Shown here piece after piece: positions 1 to 9,956 of a stretch of DNA of 64,000 nucleotides; position 1 is the first letter of the stretch, and the number at the start of each line of letters is the position of its first letter. Source of the stretch: Clostridium sp. AM49-4BH (GTDB lineage Bacteria > Spirochaetota > Spirochaetia > Sphaerochaetales > Sphaerochaetaceae); contig CAVFZO010000151.1 of the NCBI GenBank assembly GCA_963626925.1, positions 1,308 to 65,307 on the forward strand, in the 5' to 3' direction. Under the pieces are notes generated by a model. It was not told the origin of the DNA. It ran no database searches and saw only the letters and a list, made by a program, of their open reading frames with translations. Position numbers and translations under genes: made by a program.

Positions 1-67
1 CAGAGCCGTCTATCATCTCCTTCCCCAGAGTGCGTCGTGCATCAACCTTGCTACCCTCTACTCCTAC

Positions 68-925
68 ATGGCTGTCGATGCATCGAAGAAGGGAGAGAAC
101 AACAGAGAATACATAAAGAAGGCACACGAGACTCTCCTCGACGGCCTTGAAAGATTCGGCGAGAACGAAGACATACTCTCCGAGCTTGCCTCATTCTCTG
201 CATTCATGGCAGACCTCGATGAGGCGAAGGAATACCTCGAGAGGTACTTCCGCATAGCCGGAGAGGGAGAGAAGAAGAATGAGATGAAGAAGCTCTACAG
301 CGATGTGTGTTTCAAACTCGAGAACGAGGAGAAGATCGAGGAGGCCTACGATTTTCTATCACTCGGAGAGAGCGACAAGGCCATGCCGTCGATCAACTTC
401 TTCATCGAGAAGAATCCCGGAATATGGAACGGCTACTTTTTAAAGGGATGGGCGCTCAGAATAAAGAAGGAGTTCGCAGAGGCCGGGAAGTATTTCCTCA
501 AGTGCATCGAGATGGGCGAAAGCAATGCCGAGATCTACAACGAGCTTGCACTCTGTGCTCTCGGAGAGGGAAAGCGCGAACTCGGGGAGATATATCTCGA
601 GTCGGCTGCCGACCTTGACGAGGAGAATCTGACAGTCGTGACGAACCTCTCACTCCTGAAGATTGAGGACGGAGACTACGACGAAGCAAGAAAGTGGCTC
701 GAGAAGGCAAGATTCCTTGCATCGGAAGACACACTCGTAAAGCATCTTGTAGAAAAGTACGAGAAGGAAACGGGCGAGAAGATCGGAGAGATCATCCACG
801 AGGAGATCGTGAAGGGAGATGAAGAGAATAACGGAGTCAATATAAAGGACTCCCTCTTCAGAAGCTTTGAAAAGAGCGCAGACGACACTGTCTGCACATG
901 CGGGAAGACGGAAGATGACAATTAA
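68..925 (+). CDS. TPR-like repeat protein (hypothetical)
   Basis: 285-aa acidic helical-repeat ORF with TPR-like segments (AEIYNELALCALGEGK, YDEARKWLEKARFL). Its stop overlaps the next gene's start. Confidence 0.45.
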   Translation: MAVDASKKGENNREYIKKAHETLLDGLERFGENEDILSELASFSAFMADLDEAKEYLERYFRIAGEGEKKNEMKKLYSDVCFKLENEEKIEEAYDFLSLGESDKAMPSINFFIEKNPGIWNGYFLKGWALRIKKEFAEAGKYFLKCIEMGESNAEIYNELALCALGEGKRELGEIYLESAADLDEENLTVVTNLSLLKIEDGDYDEARKWLEKARFLASEDTLVKHLVEKYEKETGEKIGEIIHEEIVKGDEENNGVNIKDSLFRSFEKSADDTVCTCGKTEDDN

Positions 926-1334
926 GACACAGACTCCCCTCGAGACGGAGGAGCTCGGAAGAAGAATAGGAGAAAAGCTCAGAAAAGGTGACGTCGTATC
1001 GCTCAGGGGCTCTCTGGGAGCGGGAAAGACGGTCATAGCAAAGGGAATAGCACGCGCACTCTCAATTGAAGAGGCAATAGTCAGTCCCACATTCACGCTC
1101 GTCCAGGAATACGAGGGAAGAGAGAAGCTCTATCATCTCGATATCTACCGCCTGAGCGGTGAGGATGAATTCGAATCGATGGGCGGAGAGGAGTTTCTTT
1201 ACCCCGACGGCATAACACTCATCGAGTGGTCGGAGAAGATAGACTCCATGCTCCCTGAGGGGACAATCTTCATCTCCATCACCATCAACGACGATCTCTC
1301 GCGCTCGATAGAGATCAGGGGACTCGAGCTATGA
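915..1334 (+). CDS. tsaE: tRNA t6A37 biosynthesis ATPase TsaE
   Basis: P-loop GSLGAGKTVIAKG, plus the SPTFTLVQEY and LYHLDIYRL motifs typical of YjeE/TsaE. I chose the internal ATG (M17 of the 867..1334 ORF), which sits behind GGAAG and overlaps the upstream stop. Confidence 0.85.
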   Translation: MTIKTQTPLETEELGRRIGEKLRKGDVVSLRGSLGAGKTVIAKGIARALSIEEAIVSPTFTLVQEYEGREKLYHLDIYRLSGEDEFESMGGEEFLYPDGITLIEWSEKIDSMLPEGTIFISITINDDLSRSIEIRGLEL

Positions 1335-2029
1335 ACATACTTTCAGCAGACACATCAACATCCACCCTTTCAATAGCCCTTCGCACATCCACGACATACG
1401 AGGAGAGACTTGTCAGCGGCGCATTCGCTCCGAGCGAGAATCTCATGGGCGAAGTGAAGAGCCTCCTCAGAAGAGCCGGAATAACACTCTCCGAACTTGA
1501 CCTTCTTGTATGTACGAAAGGCCCGGGTTCCTTCACCGGACTCAGAATAACGATGGCTCTCATGAAGGGAATATCACTTGCGACGGGAACGCCGCTGGTG
1601 AGTGTCCCCACCCTCTCGGCTGTCGAAAGAACAGTCGGGAAGATATGGCACGGGACGGTACTCAGCATAGTCGACGCAAAGAAGAAACGCTTCTACTACC
1701 GTATCTCGAAAGACACAGAGATCCTCTCTCCCGATATGGATGAAACAACAGAGAGGATAATCGACGCGCTCTCTCTCATCAAAGATCCTGTACTTCTCAC
1801 AGGTCCCGATGCCGCACTCTTCTACAGGAAGGCCCGGGAAGCGGGATGCACCTCCCTTATTCTCGATGAAGATACCCCGAGAAACCTTTCCCGTGCCCTC
1901 ATGGAACTCGGAAAGGAGATATATGACACGAAAGGCGCAGACGACATAGGAGAAGGTCCCGTCTACATCAGACGCAGCGACGCCGAGGAGATGCTTCTGG
2001 AGAAGACTCTGGAAGAGGAGAAGAAATGA
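1331..2029 (+). CDS. tsaB: tRNA t6A37 biosynthesis protein TsaB (YeaZ)
   Basis: ILSADTSTS N-terminus and GPGSFTGLRI motif. It shows a 4-nt ATGA overlap with tsaE. Confidence 0.8.
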   Translation: MNILSADTSTSTLSIALRTSTTYEERLVSGAFAPSENLMGEVKSLLRRAGITLSELDLLVCTKGPGSFTGLRITMALMKGISLATGTPLVSVPTLSAVERTVGKIWHGTVLSIVDAKKKRFYYRISKDTEILSPDMDETTERIIDALSLIKDPVLLTGPDAALFYRKAREAGCTSLILDEDTPRNLSRALMELGKEIYDTKGADDIGEGPVYIRRSDAEEMLLEKTLEEEKK

Positions 2030-2925
2030 TGACAGACATACTCGTCATAGGCTCGGGCCCCGCAGGAATGGCTGCAGGCCAGTACGGAGCACGTGCAGGT
2101 TATTCCGTGACCATAATCGACCCGATGGGTCCGGGGGGACAGCTTCTGTATATCGACGAAATCGAGAACTACCCCGGAGAGGAAAGCCTCTCGGGATACG
2201 TCCTGAGCGAGAAGATGGAGAAGCAGTGCTCTTCCTTCGGAGTGACTATCGAATACAAAAGGGCTCTCTCTTTAAGAAAGGAGAACAACATCTTCCATAC
2301 CCTGACAGATGAAGGCGAAATAGAGAGCAGGGCCGTGATCATCGCAACTGGAGCGGAGCACCGTCATCTCGGTGTCAGGGGCGAAGAGGAATACAGGGGA
2401 AAGGGAGTGAGCTACTGCGCAACCTGTGACGGCCCCTTCTTCCGCGGCCGCACTGTCGTAGTTGCCGGAGGTGGGGACACAGCACTTACAGACGCACTCT
2501 ATCTCTCGAAGCTCTGCTCCCGTGTCATAATCGTACACAGACGCTCATCCTTCCGTGCGCAGAAGGTTCTCCAGGACAGGGTAAAAGAGAGAGATAACAT
2601 CTCCCTCATAATGGAGGAGAACATCGCCGAGATCTCGGGAGACGGAAAGGAAGTGAAGTCCGTCGTTCTTACAAGCGGAAGAAAAATCGAGACTGACGGC
2701 GTCTTCGTATTCATCGGCATGACACCCTCCTCGGAGATTGCCGGAGAGCTGGCAGAGAGGGAGAACGGCTTCATCATAGTCGACAGCGGAGGCCGCACCT
2801 CCCTCCCCGGCCTCTTTGCGGCAGGCGATGTGACGACGACCTCATTCCGGCAGGTTGTGACAGCCGCAGCCGACGGCGCAAGAGCAAGTCACAGTGCAGA
2901 CGAATATATCCAGAGTCTGAATTAA
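2026..2925 (+). CDS. trxB: thioredoxin-disulfide reductase
   Basis: FAD motif VIGSGPAGMAAG, redox-active CATCDG and NADPH motif GGGDTAL. It overlaps tsaB by 4 nt. Confidence 0.9.
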   Translation: MMTDILVIGSGPAGMAAGQYGARAGYSVTIIDPMGPGGQLLYIDEIENYPGEESLSGYVLSEKMEKQCSSFGVTIEYKRALSLRKENNIFHTLTDEGEIESRAVIIATGAEHRHLGVRGEEEYRGKGVSYCATCDGPFFRGRTVVVAGGGDTALTDALYLSKLCSRVIIVHRRSSFRAQKVLQDRVKERDNISLIMEENIAEISGDGKEVKSVVLTSGRKIETDGVFVFIGMTPSSEIAGELAERENGFIIVDSGGRTSLPGLFAAGDVTTTSFRQVVTAAADGARASHSADEYIQSLN

Positions 2926-3010
2926 GAGCCGGGAGCTCTCATAGAATAAGGGGTGACAGGAGGTTTATAACCCGTCTGACACCCCTTTCTCATTCACAAC
3001 AGAAAGTCTC

Positions 3011-4117
3011 TCACTTAATACTGTTCGATGTGAGCTCGTAGTGCGTTACATCACTCCAGTGTCTTCTGAGAACGAAGTCCGCAGTGAGAGAGGTGTTGTC
3101 GTAGTCTATCGACCACTGTGTATTACTTGTGATATCTTCCGGATTCGGTTCCTGCGAAGCGGCGGTGAGAGCATCCCAGACAGTGCTGTCGCAGTAAGCA
3201 CCCTTCTGTTTCTCCATCACTTCGATGACAGCGTCATAGCGCTCCTTCCCGTGTCCGTATATATCGTTCTTCTGGTTCGGAAGAACCTTGTCGATATACA
3301 TTCCATAGAAGTTCGTTATGGCAGGCATCTTCGTTACGACCATCTCCCTGCCCTCGCTCTCGCAGTCATATTCGACGACCCTGCCGTCTCCGGAGGCATC
3401 CGTTATGTAGTAGTGATAGTCTCTTCCGCTTGTCGCAAACATATCGTAGGAGCGGAGAAGCTCGACGGCCTCCTCAGTCGTTGCTGCTCTGTCAAGCACG
3501 AGGCGGATGGCAATGGTAGGTGTGATGGACGGCTTACCCGTATCCTGGTTGACAGGCTTGCTGTCAAGCGTAAGTACCGCAATCGAGACACCCTTCTCGT
3601 TTATGCCGTCGAGGCAGATGAAGGGAGAAGTGAGAGTGGAGAGCTTCTCTTTGATACTCTTGTCGGGATTGTTGGCAGATGCGTTGCTGAGAGCAGCGAA
3701 ACCGACGGACTTGTAACCGTCCTTCGGCGTGCAGTAGACAAGCATTGCGGATGTGTCATTCTTGAAGTCGTAGTTGCGTCCCATATGGGCGTTGCCATCC
3801 GAATCGATAAGGCTGAAAGCCGTACATGCGAACTTCGGAGTCTCGACGGAGACGGGAAGAAGAGGGAGGCACTCCTTGAGTACCGCATTTGTCATATCCT
3901 GATCGGTCTCGATCCCGTAATTGATGACGTTCTCGATGCTGTAATCGAATTTGACATCCATACGGTAGAGATTATAGCCGTCATCGTAGTCGGTCAGCTT
4001 CTCTATGCTGTTGAGAGTCTGAAGCCTTGTATAGTAAATCCCGACAAAGACAGCTACTGCTATCACGAGCAGTGCAACAATACAAAGAATGATTATCACG
4101 ACTTTTTTCACCTGCAA
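3011..4117 (-). CDS. linear amide C-N hydrolase, choloylglycine hydrolase (Ntn) family, membrane-anchored
   Basis: An N-terminal TM helix (VVIIILCIVALLVIAVAVFVGIYY) is followed by the CTAFSL...GRNYDF signature of penicillin V acylase / bile salt hydrolase-type Ntn hydrolases. Confidence 0.65.
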   Translation of the reverse strand: MQVKKVVIIILCIVALLVIAVAVFVGIYYTRLQTLNSIEKLTDYDDGYNLYRMDVKFDYSIENVINYGIETDQDMTNAVLKECLPLLPVSVETPKFACTAFSLIDSDGNAHMGRNYDFKNDTSAMLVYCTPKDGYKSVGFAALSNASANNPDKSIKEKLSTLTSPFICLDGINEKGVSIAVLTLDSKPVNQDTGKPSITPTIAIRLVLDRAATTEEAVELLRSYDMFATSGRDYHYYITDASGDGRVVEYDCESEGREMVVTKMPAITNFYGMYIDKVLPNQKNDIYGHGKERYDAVIEVMEKQKGAYCDSTVWDALTAASQEPNPEDITSNTQWSIDYDNTSLTADFVLRRHWSDVTHYELTSNSIK

Positions 4118-4467
4118 ACCCCCGTTCCTCTGTCTATCTCATCACATCCATAATGAAACCATGCTCAGATTATGATGGACAGAACGCAGTTTTGTAAAGA
4201 CCTGATAAGAGGACAGATTATCAATAAAAAGGAAAACACCGCTTGATTGCCGTCACTGGTGACCAAAGCATCAGTTTGATCCGGTTACGCAGATTAAGCT
4301 GAAGAGTATGAAATGGCTCTCAGAGCCCGGTTTTTCTGTCCTCTACTGTCCTCTCTCCGTCAGGACAATGAAAACAACTGCACCTCCCCTTCCGGCGCAC
4401 GGAGAGTCTCTCTTCTTTTCTTATTTTTAACTTGCCCCCGCGCCCTTTGAGATAGGATAATGGACAC

Positions 4468-5889
4468 ATGGAAATACTAATGGTAACAAGCGAGGCTGTT
4501 CCTTTCTCCAAATCGGGGGGACTTGCCGACGTTCTCGGTGCGCTCTCACCGGCGCTTTGTAAACTCGGACACAACGTAACTGTATTCATGCCGCTCTACT
4601 CCTTCATCGACAGGACGGGATTCAAAAAGACCCTTTCCTATCAGATACCGATGCTGGCCAGAAACGAGAAGGCTGAGGTATTTGAAAAGGAGGTCGACGG
4701 CGTGACGTATGCGGCCCTCGCCCACCCCTACTTCACACAGAGAAAGGGAATCTACGGCGACACGTCATTCACGCCGTACAGCGACAACTGTCCGCGATTC
4801 ATCGCATTCTCCAAGGCTGCCGCCCTCTACGTCCTTGCCCGCGGCCTCCATGTAGATATCGTGCACTGTCATGACTGGACGACGGGCTTCGTGATGCACT
4901 TCATGAAGTATTTCAAGGTACCCGGAAAGACAGTCTTCACAATCCACAACCTCGAGTACCAGGGAGTCTTCTCCCCACTCGATGCAGTCTCGTCGTCATC
5001 CGTCATCCCCGAGGAGGCTGAAAGGGACGGGAAGATCAACATGATGGCGCTTGCCCTCAGAACGGCTGATAAAATAACGACGGTATCACCGACGTATGCC
5101 GGGGAGATTCTCACGCAGCAGTACGGTGTGGGACTCGAGGATATTCTGAAGCAGAGGGAGAACGACACGGAGGGCATAATCAACGGAATCGACGAAAAGG
5201 AATGGAATCCGGAAAGTGACCCCCTCATCCCCGCCCGGTTCTCGAAGGAGAACATGAAGGGCAAGGAGGAATGCCGCAAAGAGGCGAGGCGTCTCTTCGG
5301 CCTCGAGGAGAGGGACGATATTCCGCTTGTTGCGCTCATCAGCAGGCTCGCCTCCCAGAAGGGCTTCGACGAACTCCTTTTAGAAGGAGAAGAATGTGCA
5401 CTCGAGCGCATCCTCAAAACAGGGCAGTGCCAGGTCGCACTCATAGGCACCGGTGACAGCAGATATATATCGAAGCTGAGTTCGCTTATGATGAAGTATG
5501 ACAATCTCTCGGTCAAGATTGTCTTCTCGAAGGAGCTTTCGCACATCCTCGAGGCTGGAGCAGACTTCTTCCTCATGCCCTCGTCTTACGAGCCCTGCGG
5601 CCTCAACCAGATGTACTCGCTCACCTACGGCACAATCCCGGTCGTCCATGCCACGGGCGGCCTGAAAGATACCGTACGCGATATAGAGAACGGGGACGGG
5701 AACGGAATCTCGTTTTTGTCCCTCACTCCCGACGAGATAGTCTCGGCCGTGGAGAGAGCGGAGGCTCTCTACAGCGACAGAGAAGAGTTCGAGAGAGTGA
5801 GAAAGAGGGGTATGAACGAAGACTTCTCATGGCGCACATCGGCCGGAAAGTACGAGAAACTCTACCTCGAACTCCTCAGAAAGGCATAA
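4468..5889 (+). CDS. glgA: glycogen synthase (ADP-glucose type)
   Basis: N-terminal MEILMVTSEAVPFSKSGGLADV motif, 473 aa, adjacent to glgC. Confidence 0.9.
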   Translation: MEILMVTSEAVPFSKSGGLADVLGALSPALCKLGHNVTVFMPLYSFIDRTGFKKTLSYQIPMLARNEKAEVFEKEVDGVTYAALAHPYFTQRKGIYGDTSFTPYSDNCPRFIAFSKAAALYVLARGLHVDIVHCHDWTTGFVMHFMKYFKVPGKTVFTIHNLEYQGVFSPLDAVSSSSVIPEEAERDGKINMMALALRTADKITTVSPTYAGEILTQQYGVGLEDILKQRENDTEGIINGIDEKEWNPESDPLIPARFSKENMKGKEECRKEARRLFGLEERDDIPLVALISRLASQKGFDELLLEGEECALERILKTGQCQVALIGTGDSRYISKLSSLMMKYDNLSVKIVFSKELSHILEAGADFFLMPSSYEPCGLNQMYSLTYGTIPVVHATGGLKDTVRDIENGDGNGISFLSLTPDEIVSAVERAEALYSDREEFERVRKRGMNEDFSWRTSAGKYEKLYLELLRKA

Positions 5890-5955
5890 AAAGAAAAAAC
5901 ATTAACTTTATTTAACAAATAAAAGGGTTACAATAAAAGCAAAGGAGAGTATCAC

Positions 5956-7254
5956 ATGTCACTCAACAACAAGAAAGTAGTTGCAATCATTCTCGGCGGC
6001 GGAAGAGGAACAAGACTTTATCCTCTGACGATGGACAGATCGAAGCCGGCAGTACCGTTCGCAGGAAAGTACCGCCTCGTCGACATTCCGATTTCAAACT
6101 GCATCAACAGCGACATGCGTCAGATCTATGTTCTGACCCAGTTCAACAGCGCATCGCTTCACAACCATATAGCATCGACATACAACTTCGATGCATTCTC
6201 CGGCGGTTTCGTCGAGATTCTCGCCGCAGAGCAGACCTATGCATCAGAGTCCTGGTACCAGGGTACGGCAGATGCAGTAAGAAAGAACCTCAAGCACTTC
6301 AGAGACCAGAATGCAGACTACTATGTCATTCTTTCGGGTGACCAGCTCTACAGAATGGACTTCAACAAGATGCTCGAGAGACACATCCGCAGCGGTGCCG
6401 TCCTCACCATTGCCGGAAAGCCCATCAGCAGAAGTGAAGCTACAGGACTGGGAATCATGGGCTGCGACGAAAACGGCATGATAACCAAGTTCTACGAAAA
6501 GCCTGCCGACGATGTCGACATCACCGACTACATCGTTCCCGAGAAGACTCTCAAGGAGCAGCTCGGATTGAAGAGAACCGAGAAGAACGAATACGTCGCT
6601 TCGATGGGTATCTACATCTTCAATGCAAAGGAGATGGAGACGGCCCTCAACAACGACAAGACGGACTTCGGCAAGGAGATCATCCCCGACATCATCAAGA
6701 CAAAGCCCGTTGCAAGCTACCTATTCGACGATTACTGGGAGGATATCGGAACAGTCAAGGCCTTCTATGAGGCGAACCTCGACCTTGCTTCCGACAAGCC
6801 GGCATTCAACTTCTATGACGAGGAGATGCCGATCTACACACACCGCAGACATCTTCCCGCGACGAAGGCCAACTTCTGCAACATCTCGAACTCCCTCACA
6901 AGTGAAGGCTCGATTATCACTAATGCATATATCGTGAACTCCATTATCGGTGTCAGAACATTCATCGAAGCTGGAGCCTCCCTCGACGGAGTCTACTCGA
7001 TGGGTGCCTCCCGCTATGAAAGCGAAGAGGAGAAGGCTGAAAATGCAAGAAAGGGAATCCCGAACATCGGTATCGGAAGAGCGACGATCATCAAGAGGGC
7101 CATCATCGACCAGAACGTAAGAATCGGAGCCAACTGCCGTATAGGAATCGACAACATCAAGAGACCGGAAGGCGACTTCGAGATGTACTCCGTTCATGAC
7201 GGAATCATTGTCATCAACAAGAATGCAATAATCCCGGACGGGACGGTCATCTGA
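5956..7254 (+). CDS. glgC: glucose-1-phosphate adenylyltransferase
   Basis: ILGGGRGTRLYPLT nucleotidyltransferase motif and a C-terminal left-handed beta-helix-like repeats region; 432 aa. Confidence 0.9.
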   Translation: MSLNNKKVVAIILGGGRGTRLYPLTMDRSKPAVPFAGKYRLVDIPISNCINSDMRQIYVLTQFNSASLHNHIASTYNFDAFSGGFVEILAAEQTYASESWYQGTADAVRKNLKHFRDQNADYYVILSGDQLYRMDFNKMLERHIRSGAVLTIAGKPISRSEATGLGIMGCDENGMITKFYEKPADDVDITDYIVPEKTLKEQLGLKRTEKNEYVASMGIYIFNAKEMETALNNDKTDFGKEIIPDIIKTKPVASYLFDDYWEDIGTVKAFYEANLDLASDKPAFNFYDEEMPIYTHRRHLPATKANFCNISNSLTSEGSIITNAYIVNSIIGVRTFIEAGASLDGVYSMGASRYESEEEKAENARKGIPNIGIGRATIIKRAIIDQNVRIGANCRIGIDNIKRPEGDFEMYSVHDGIIVINKNAIIPDGTVI

Positions 7255-7264
7255 CCCTTCCCCT

Positions 7265-7297
7265 CCCCCGGAGAACATGTTCCGGGGGATATTTTTT
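7265..7297 (+). terminator. rho-independent terminator after glgC
   Basis: Perfect 8-bp stem CCCCCGGA/TCCGGGGG (7265-7272 and 7281-7288) followed by ATATTTTTT. Confidence 0.8.
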
Positions 7298-7610
7298 GGC
7301 TCTGAGGACGGTTTGAGCTTTTTTCTGTTGCGCAACGGAAATCAAGCCAATAAAATTTGGCTATAGTATATTTTTGTTGACTTGCTGTTTTTTTGAGGCT
7401 CAAAACTGGACAAATATAACAGTAAATGTTGTTGTTTGTCTTATTGAAATGAATCTTAAGTGTTTAAGTCAACAAATCTATACTAAAGCGTAAAATTTTA
7501 AGAAGGTGGAAGAGAGGATAAAAAGGGCTTTCAGCCTTTTTACCCCGTTAAATTTTAAAGGAAGAGAAAAACCGTGGAACGGAAAGGCCGGGTCCGGGGG
7601 TTTTATATAT

Positions 7611-8288
7611 ATGATTGATTACGAGATTTTGAAGAAATGCGATCTTTTCAGAGGTATGGACGAGAGCGAGATACAGGACATCGTCACAAACCTCGACGGA
7701 ATCGTGCGCAGTGCGGATAAGAACACTCTCATCATCAGTGAGGGCGACGAGACGAACATCGCATCCATCATCATTTCGGGGAACGCGCTGGCATACCAGG
7801 AAGACTACACGGGAGGCTTCCGCAACGTCATAGCCGAGCTGGGACCGGGGGCCACGATATCGACAAGTTCCTCCATTCTTTCCCTCCCCCATCCCCTCAC
7901 GGTCGTCACAAGGGATGATACAGTCTACTTCTCCTTCAGCATGAAGAGACTCTTCTCGCGCAACATCATCCAGAGCGACCATCTCATACACTTCGGGAAC
8001 AACCTCCTTGTGCAGATGTCAAAGACAATGTCCATGCTCTTCGAGAAAATCACCTTTCTGACACAGAGGACGACGAGAGCACGCCTCATGAGCTATCTTG
8101 TCGCAAAGTCGTATGAGAACAAATCAAAATGTTTCACCATAACGCTCAACCGCCAGCAGCTTGCAGACTACCTCGGCGTCGACAGAGCCGCAATGACAGT
8201 GGTACTCTCGGAGCTGATGAACGACGGCTACATCGTCTTCAGCAAGAATGATTTCACACTGACACAGAAAACATTCGACGAAATCTGA
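7611..8288 (+). CDS. Crp/Fnr family transcriptional regulator
   Basis: cNMP-binding-like N-terminus (LFRGMDESEIQDI) and a C-terminal HTH (RQQLADYLGVDRAAMTVVLSELMNDGYI). I chose the ATG at M36 of the 7506..8288 ORF, which gives a typical 225 aa; the non-ATG 5' extension is unsupported. Confidence 0.75.
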   Translation: MIDYEILKKCDLFRGMDESEIQDIVTNLDGIVRSADKNTLIISEGDETNIASIIISGNALAYQEDYTGGFRNVIAELGPGATISTSSSILSLPHPLTVVTRDDTVYFSFSMKRLFSRNIIQSDHLIHFGNNLLVQMSKTMSMLFEKITFLTQRTTRARLMSYLVAKSYENKSKCFTITLNRQQLADYLGVDRAAMTVVLSELMNDGYIVFSKNDFTLTQKTFDEI

Positions 8289-8361
8289 AGACGCTGCAAA
8301 ACATCACATACCACCGGTTTTTCCGTTATAAAATAGAAAAACAACACAACAGGGGGGATTT

Positions 8362-9483
8362 ATGCAGAGAAAACTCTTACTGGTGCTGCTCGCCGCAGCG
8401 CTGATGCTGACATCATGCACGACTATCAAGAACGAAATAATAAGAATGAAGCTCGGAGTGACGAGAGCTGAGCTCAGAGAGCTCAAGATAACAGCAGACC
8501 CGCTCGTCATACTCTCCGACGGCTCTGCACTGATGGTATGGGCGATGAACAAGTATGCCAACGCCGACGGCACTTACGGACAGCCGACAGATCATCCCCT
8601 CACGGGAGACAGAAGGGTCGAGACCGTCGCACTCTCCTCCTCCACCCTCTGGATATCATATCCGAAGAACTACAACGGAGAGGATGTCCTCCCTGTAATC
8701 TTCTTCACCCACGGCGGAGCCTACACATCCTCCGACTACAAGACCTACCAGACACTTCTCGGAATCTTTGCAGACAGGACAAACTGCATTGTATTTGCCG
8801 ATGACTACTCCCTCGCCCCCGAACACAAATACCCCGCGGCAGTCAACGATGTATGGGAAGCCTACCTCTTCCTCCTCGAGCACGGAGGAGAATACAACGC
8901 CGATTCTGAGCGCATCGTCCTCATGGGAGACAGTGCAGGCGGCAACTTCGCCGCAGGTCTTGCAATAAGAGCGAAGGAGGAGAATGTGACAGCACCCGTC
9001 GGTGTCGTCCTCTTCTACCCCAGCCTCTCGGTCTACCCGGTTCTTCTTCCCTCGCACATCCTCTTCGGAGGCTTCGACGGCAGAAAAACCATGATAAGCC
9101 GCGCTGTCATGCAGCACACATTCACAAACTACCTCGAAAACATAGAGGACGGCCTCAAGCCGTATGCCTCTCCCCTTCTGATGCTCCAGGGGGCTCTCGA
9201 CACACTCGATGTACCGAACCTTTATGCAGAGTGTGCAGTAGAGAGAGACGAAGACGGCTCTTACGTCCTCCCCGACCATCTCATAATAGTACCGGAAGCG
9301 GACAGTCTGAGGGATGAGGGGGTCTCCTACCACGCTTCTCTCACCGCACTCGGAACGAATTCGACGCTTTCTGTCTACAAGGGTGCCATACACGGCTTCA
9401 TGCAGCTGTATGAACTCCTCGATGACGGCTGGAAGGGAATAAAGGAAGCATCGGCCTTCATTAAGAGCAGGGTTTCAGACTGA
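8362..9483 (+). CDS. alpha/beta hydrolase (HSL-type esterase/lipase fold-3), probable lipoprotein
   Basis: Lipobox-like signal peptide LAAALMLTSC, oxyanion HGG (FFTHGGAY) and nucleophile elbow GDSAGG. Confidence 0.75.
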   Translation: MQRKLLLVLLAAALMLTSCTTIKNEIIRMKLGVTRAELRELKITADPLVILSDGSALMVWAMNKYANADGTYGQPTDHPLTGDRRVETVALSSSTLWISYPKNYNGEDVLPVIFFTHGGAYTSSDYKTYQTLLGIFADRTNCIVFADDYSLAPEHKYPAAVNDVWEAYLFLLEHGGEYNADSERIVLMGDSAGGNFAAGLAIRAKEENVTAPVGVVLFYPSLSVYPVLLPSHILFGGFDGRKTMISRAVMQHTFTNYLENIEDGLKPYASPLLMLQGALDTLDVPNLYAECAVERDEDGSYVLPDHLIIVPEADSLRDEGVSYHASLTALGTNSTLSVYKGAIHGFMQLYELLDDGWKGIKEASAFIKSRVSD

Positions 9484-9533
9484 CGGTCACCTTCCGCTCA
9501 TATAAGACGAAAGAGCGGGAGAGAGGATCGCTT

Positions 9534-9956
9534 TCAGCTTTTCTCCCTTCCCATTTCTATGAGGTCATCGACAGCAAGAGAAGGATCCATCGTATGGAAC
9601 ATCAGATAATTCCTTTTCATTGTCATGAAGTCAGCCTGACGGTATATTCTCGCGCTCTCTTCTTTTCTGTAATAGTGCCAATAACGGTAGATATACCCGA
9701 TCCAGTACATAACCTCCGGTCTGGCAGGATTCCCGGAATACGGAATTCTTCCCCCGCTTGAGTCGATAACCTCTTCTAAGAGATATTCCTCTCCGGCCCA
9801 CTGCATGCGGTTATAGACAGAATCGAGAGAGCGTGCGACATCCGATTTCATGAAGAATGAAACGAACGAAGCGCTGTCATATCCCTCTTTGGAGGACAAT
9901 TCAAAGAGACGCCCCTGGATGTCACATAATTTCAAGGAAATGCAGTCCATGATCAT
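9534..9956 (-). CDS. hypothetical protein, partner of the XRE-DUF3990 gene
   Basis: 140-aa ORF whose ATG overlaps the upstream stop (ATGA). It has an aromatic-rich segment, YWIGYIYRYWHYY. The N-terminal half is only vaguely DUF3791-like, so that is a weak guess. Confidence 0.55.
   Translation of the reverse strand: MIMDCISLKLCDIQGRLFELSSKEGYDSASFVSFFMKSDVARSLDSVYNRMQWAGEEYLLEEVIDSSGGRIPYSGNPARPEVMYWIGYIYRYWHYYRKEESARIYRQADFMTMKRNYLMFHTMDPSLAVDDLIEMGREKS

Noticed and set aside
3041-4153. 370-aa plus-strand ORF antisense to the Ntn hydrolase gene
   Set aside because: It is a shadow ORF fully inside a gene with clear family motifs on the opposite strand. Its Arg/Val/Asp-rich, low-complexity translation shows no recognisable motifs.
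7506-7610. 35-codon N-terminal extension of the Crp/Fnr ORF
   Set aside because: It uses a non-ATG start with no SD and adds residues not found in the family. The ATG at 7611 gives a canonical ~225-aa regulator.
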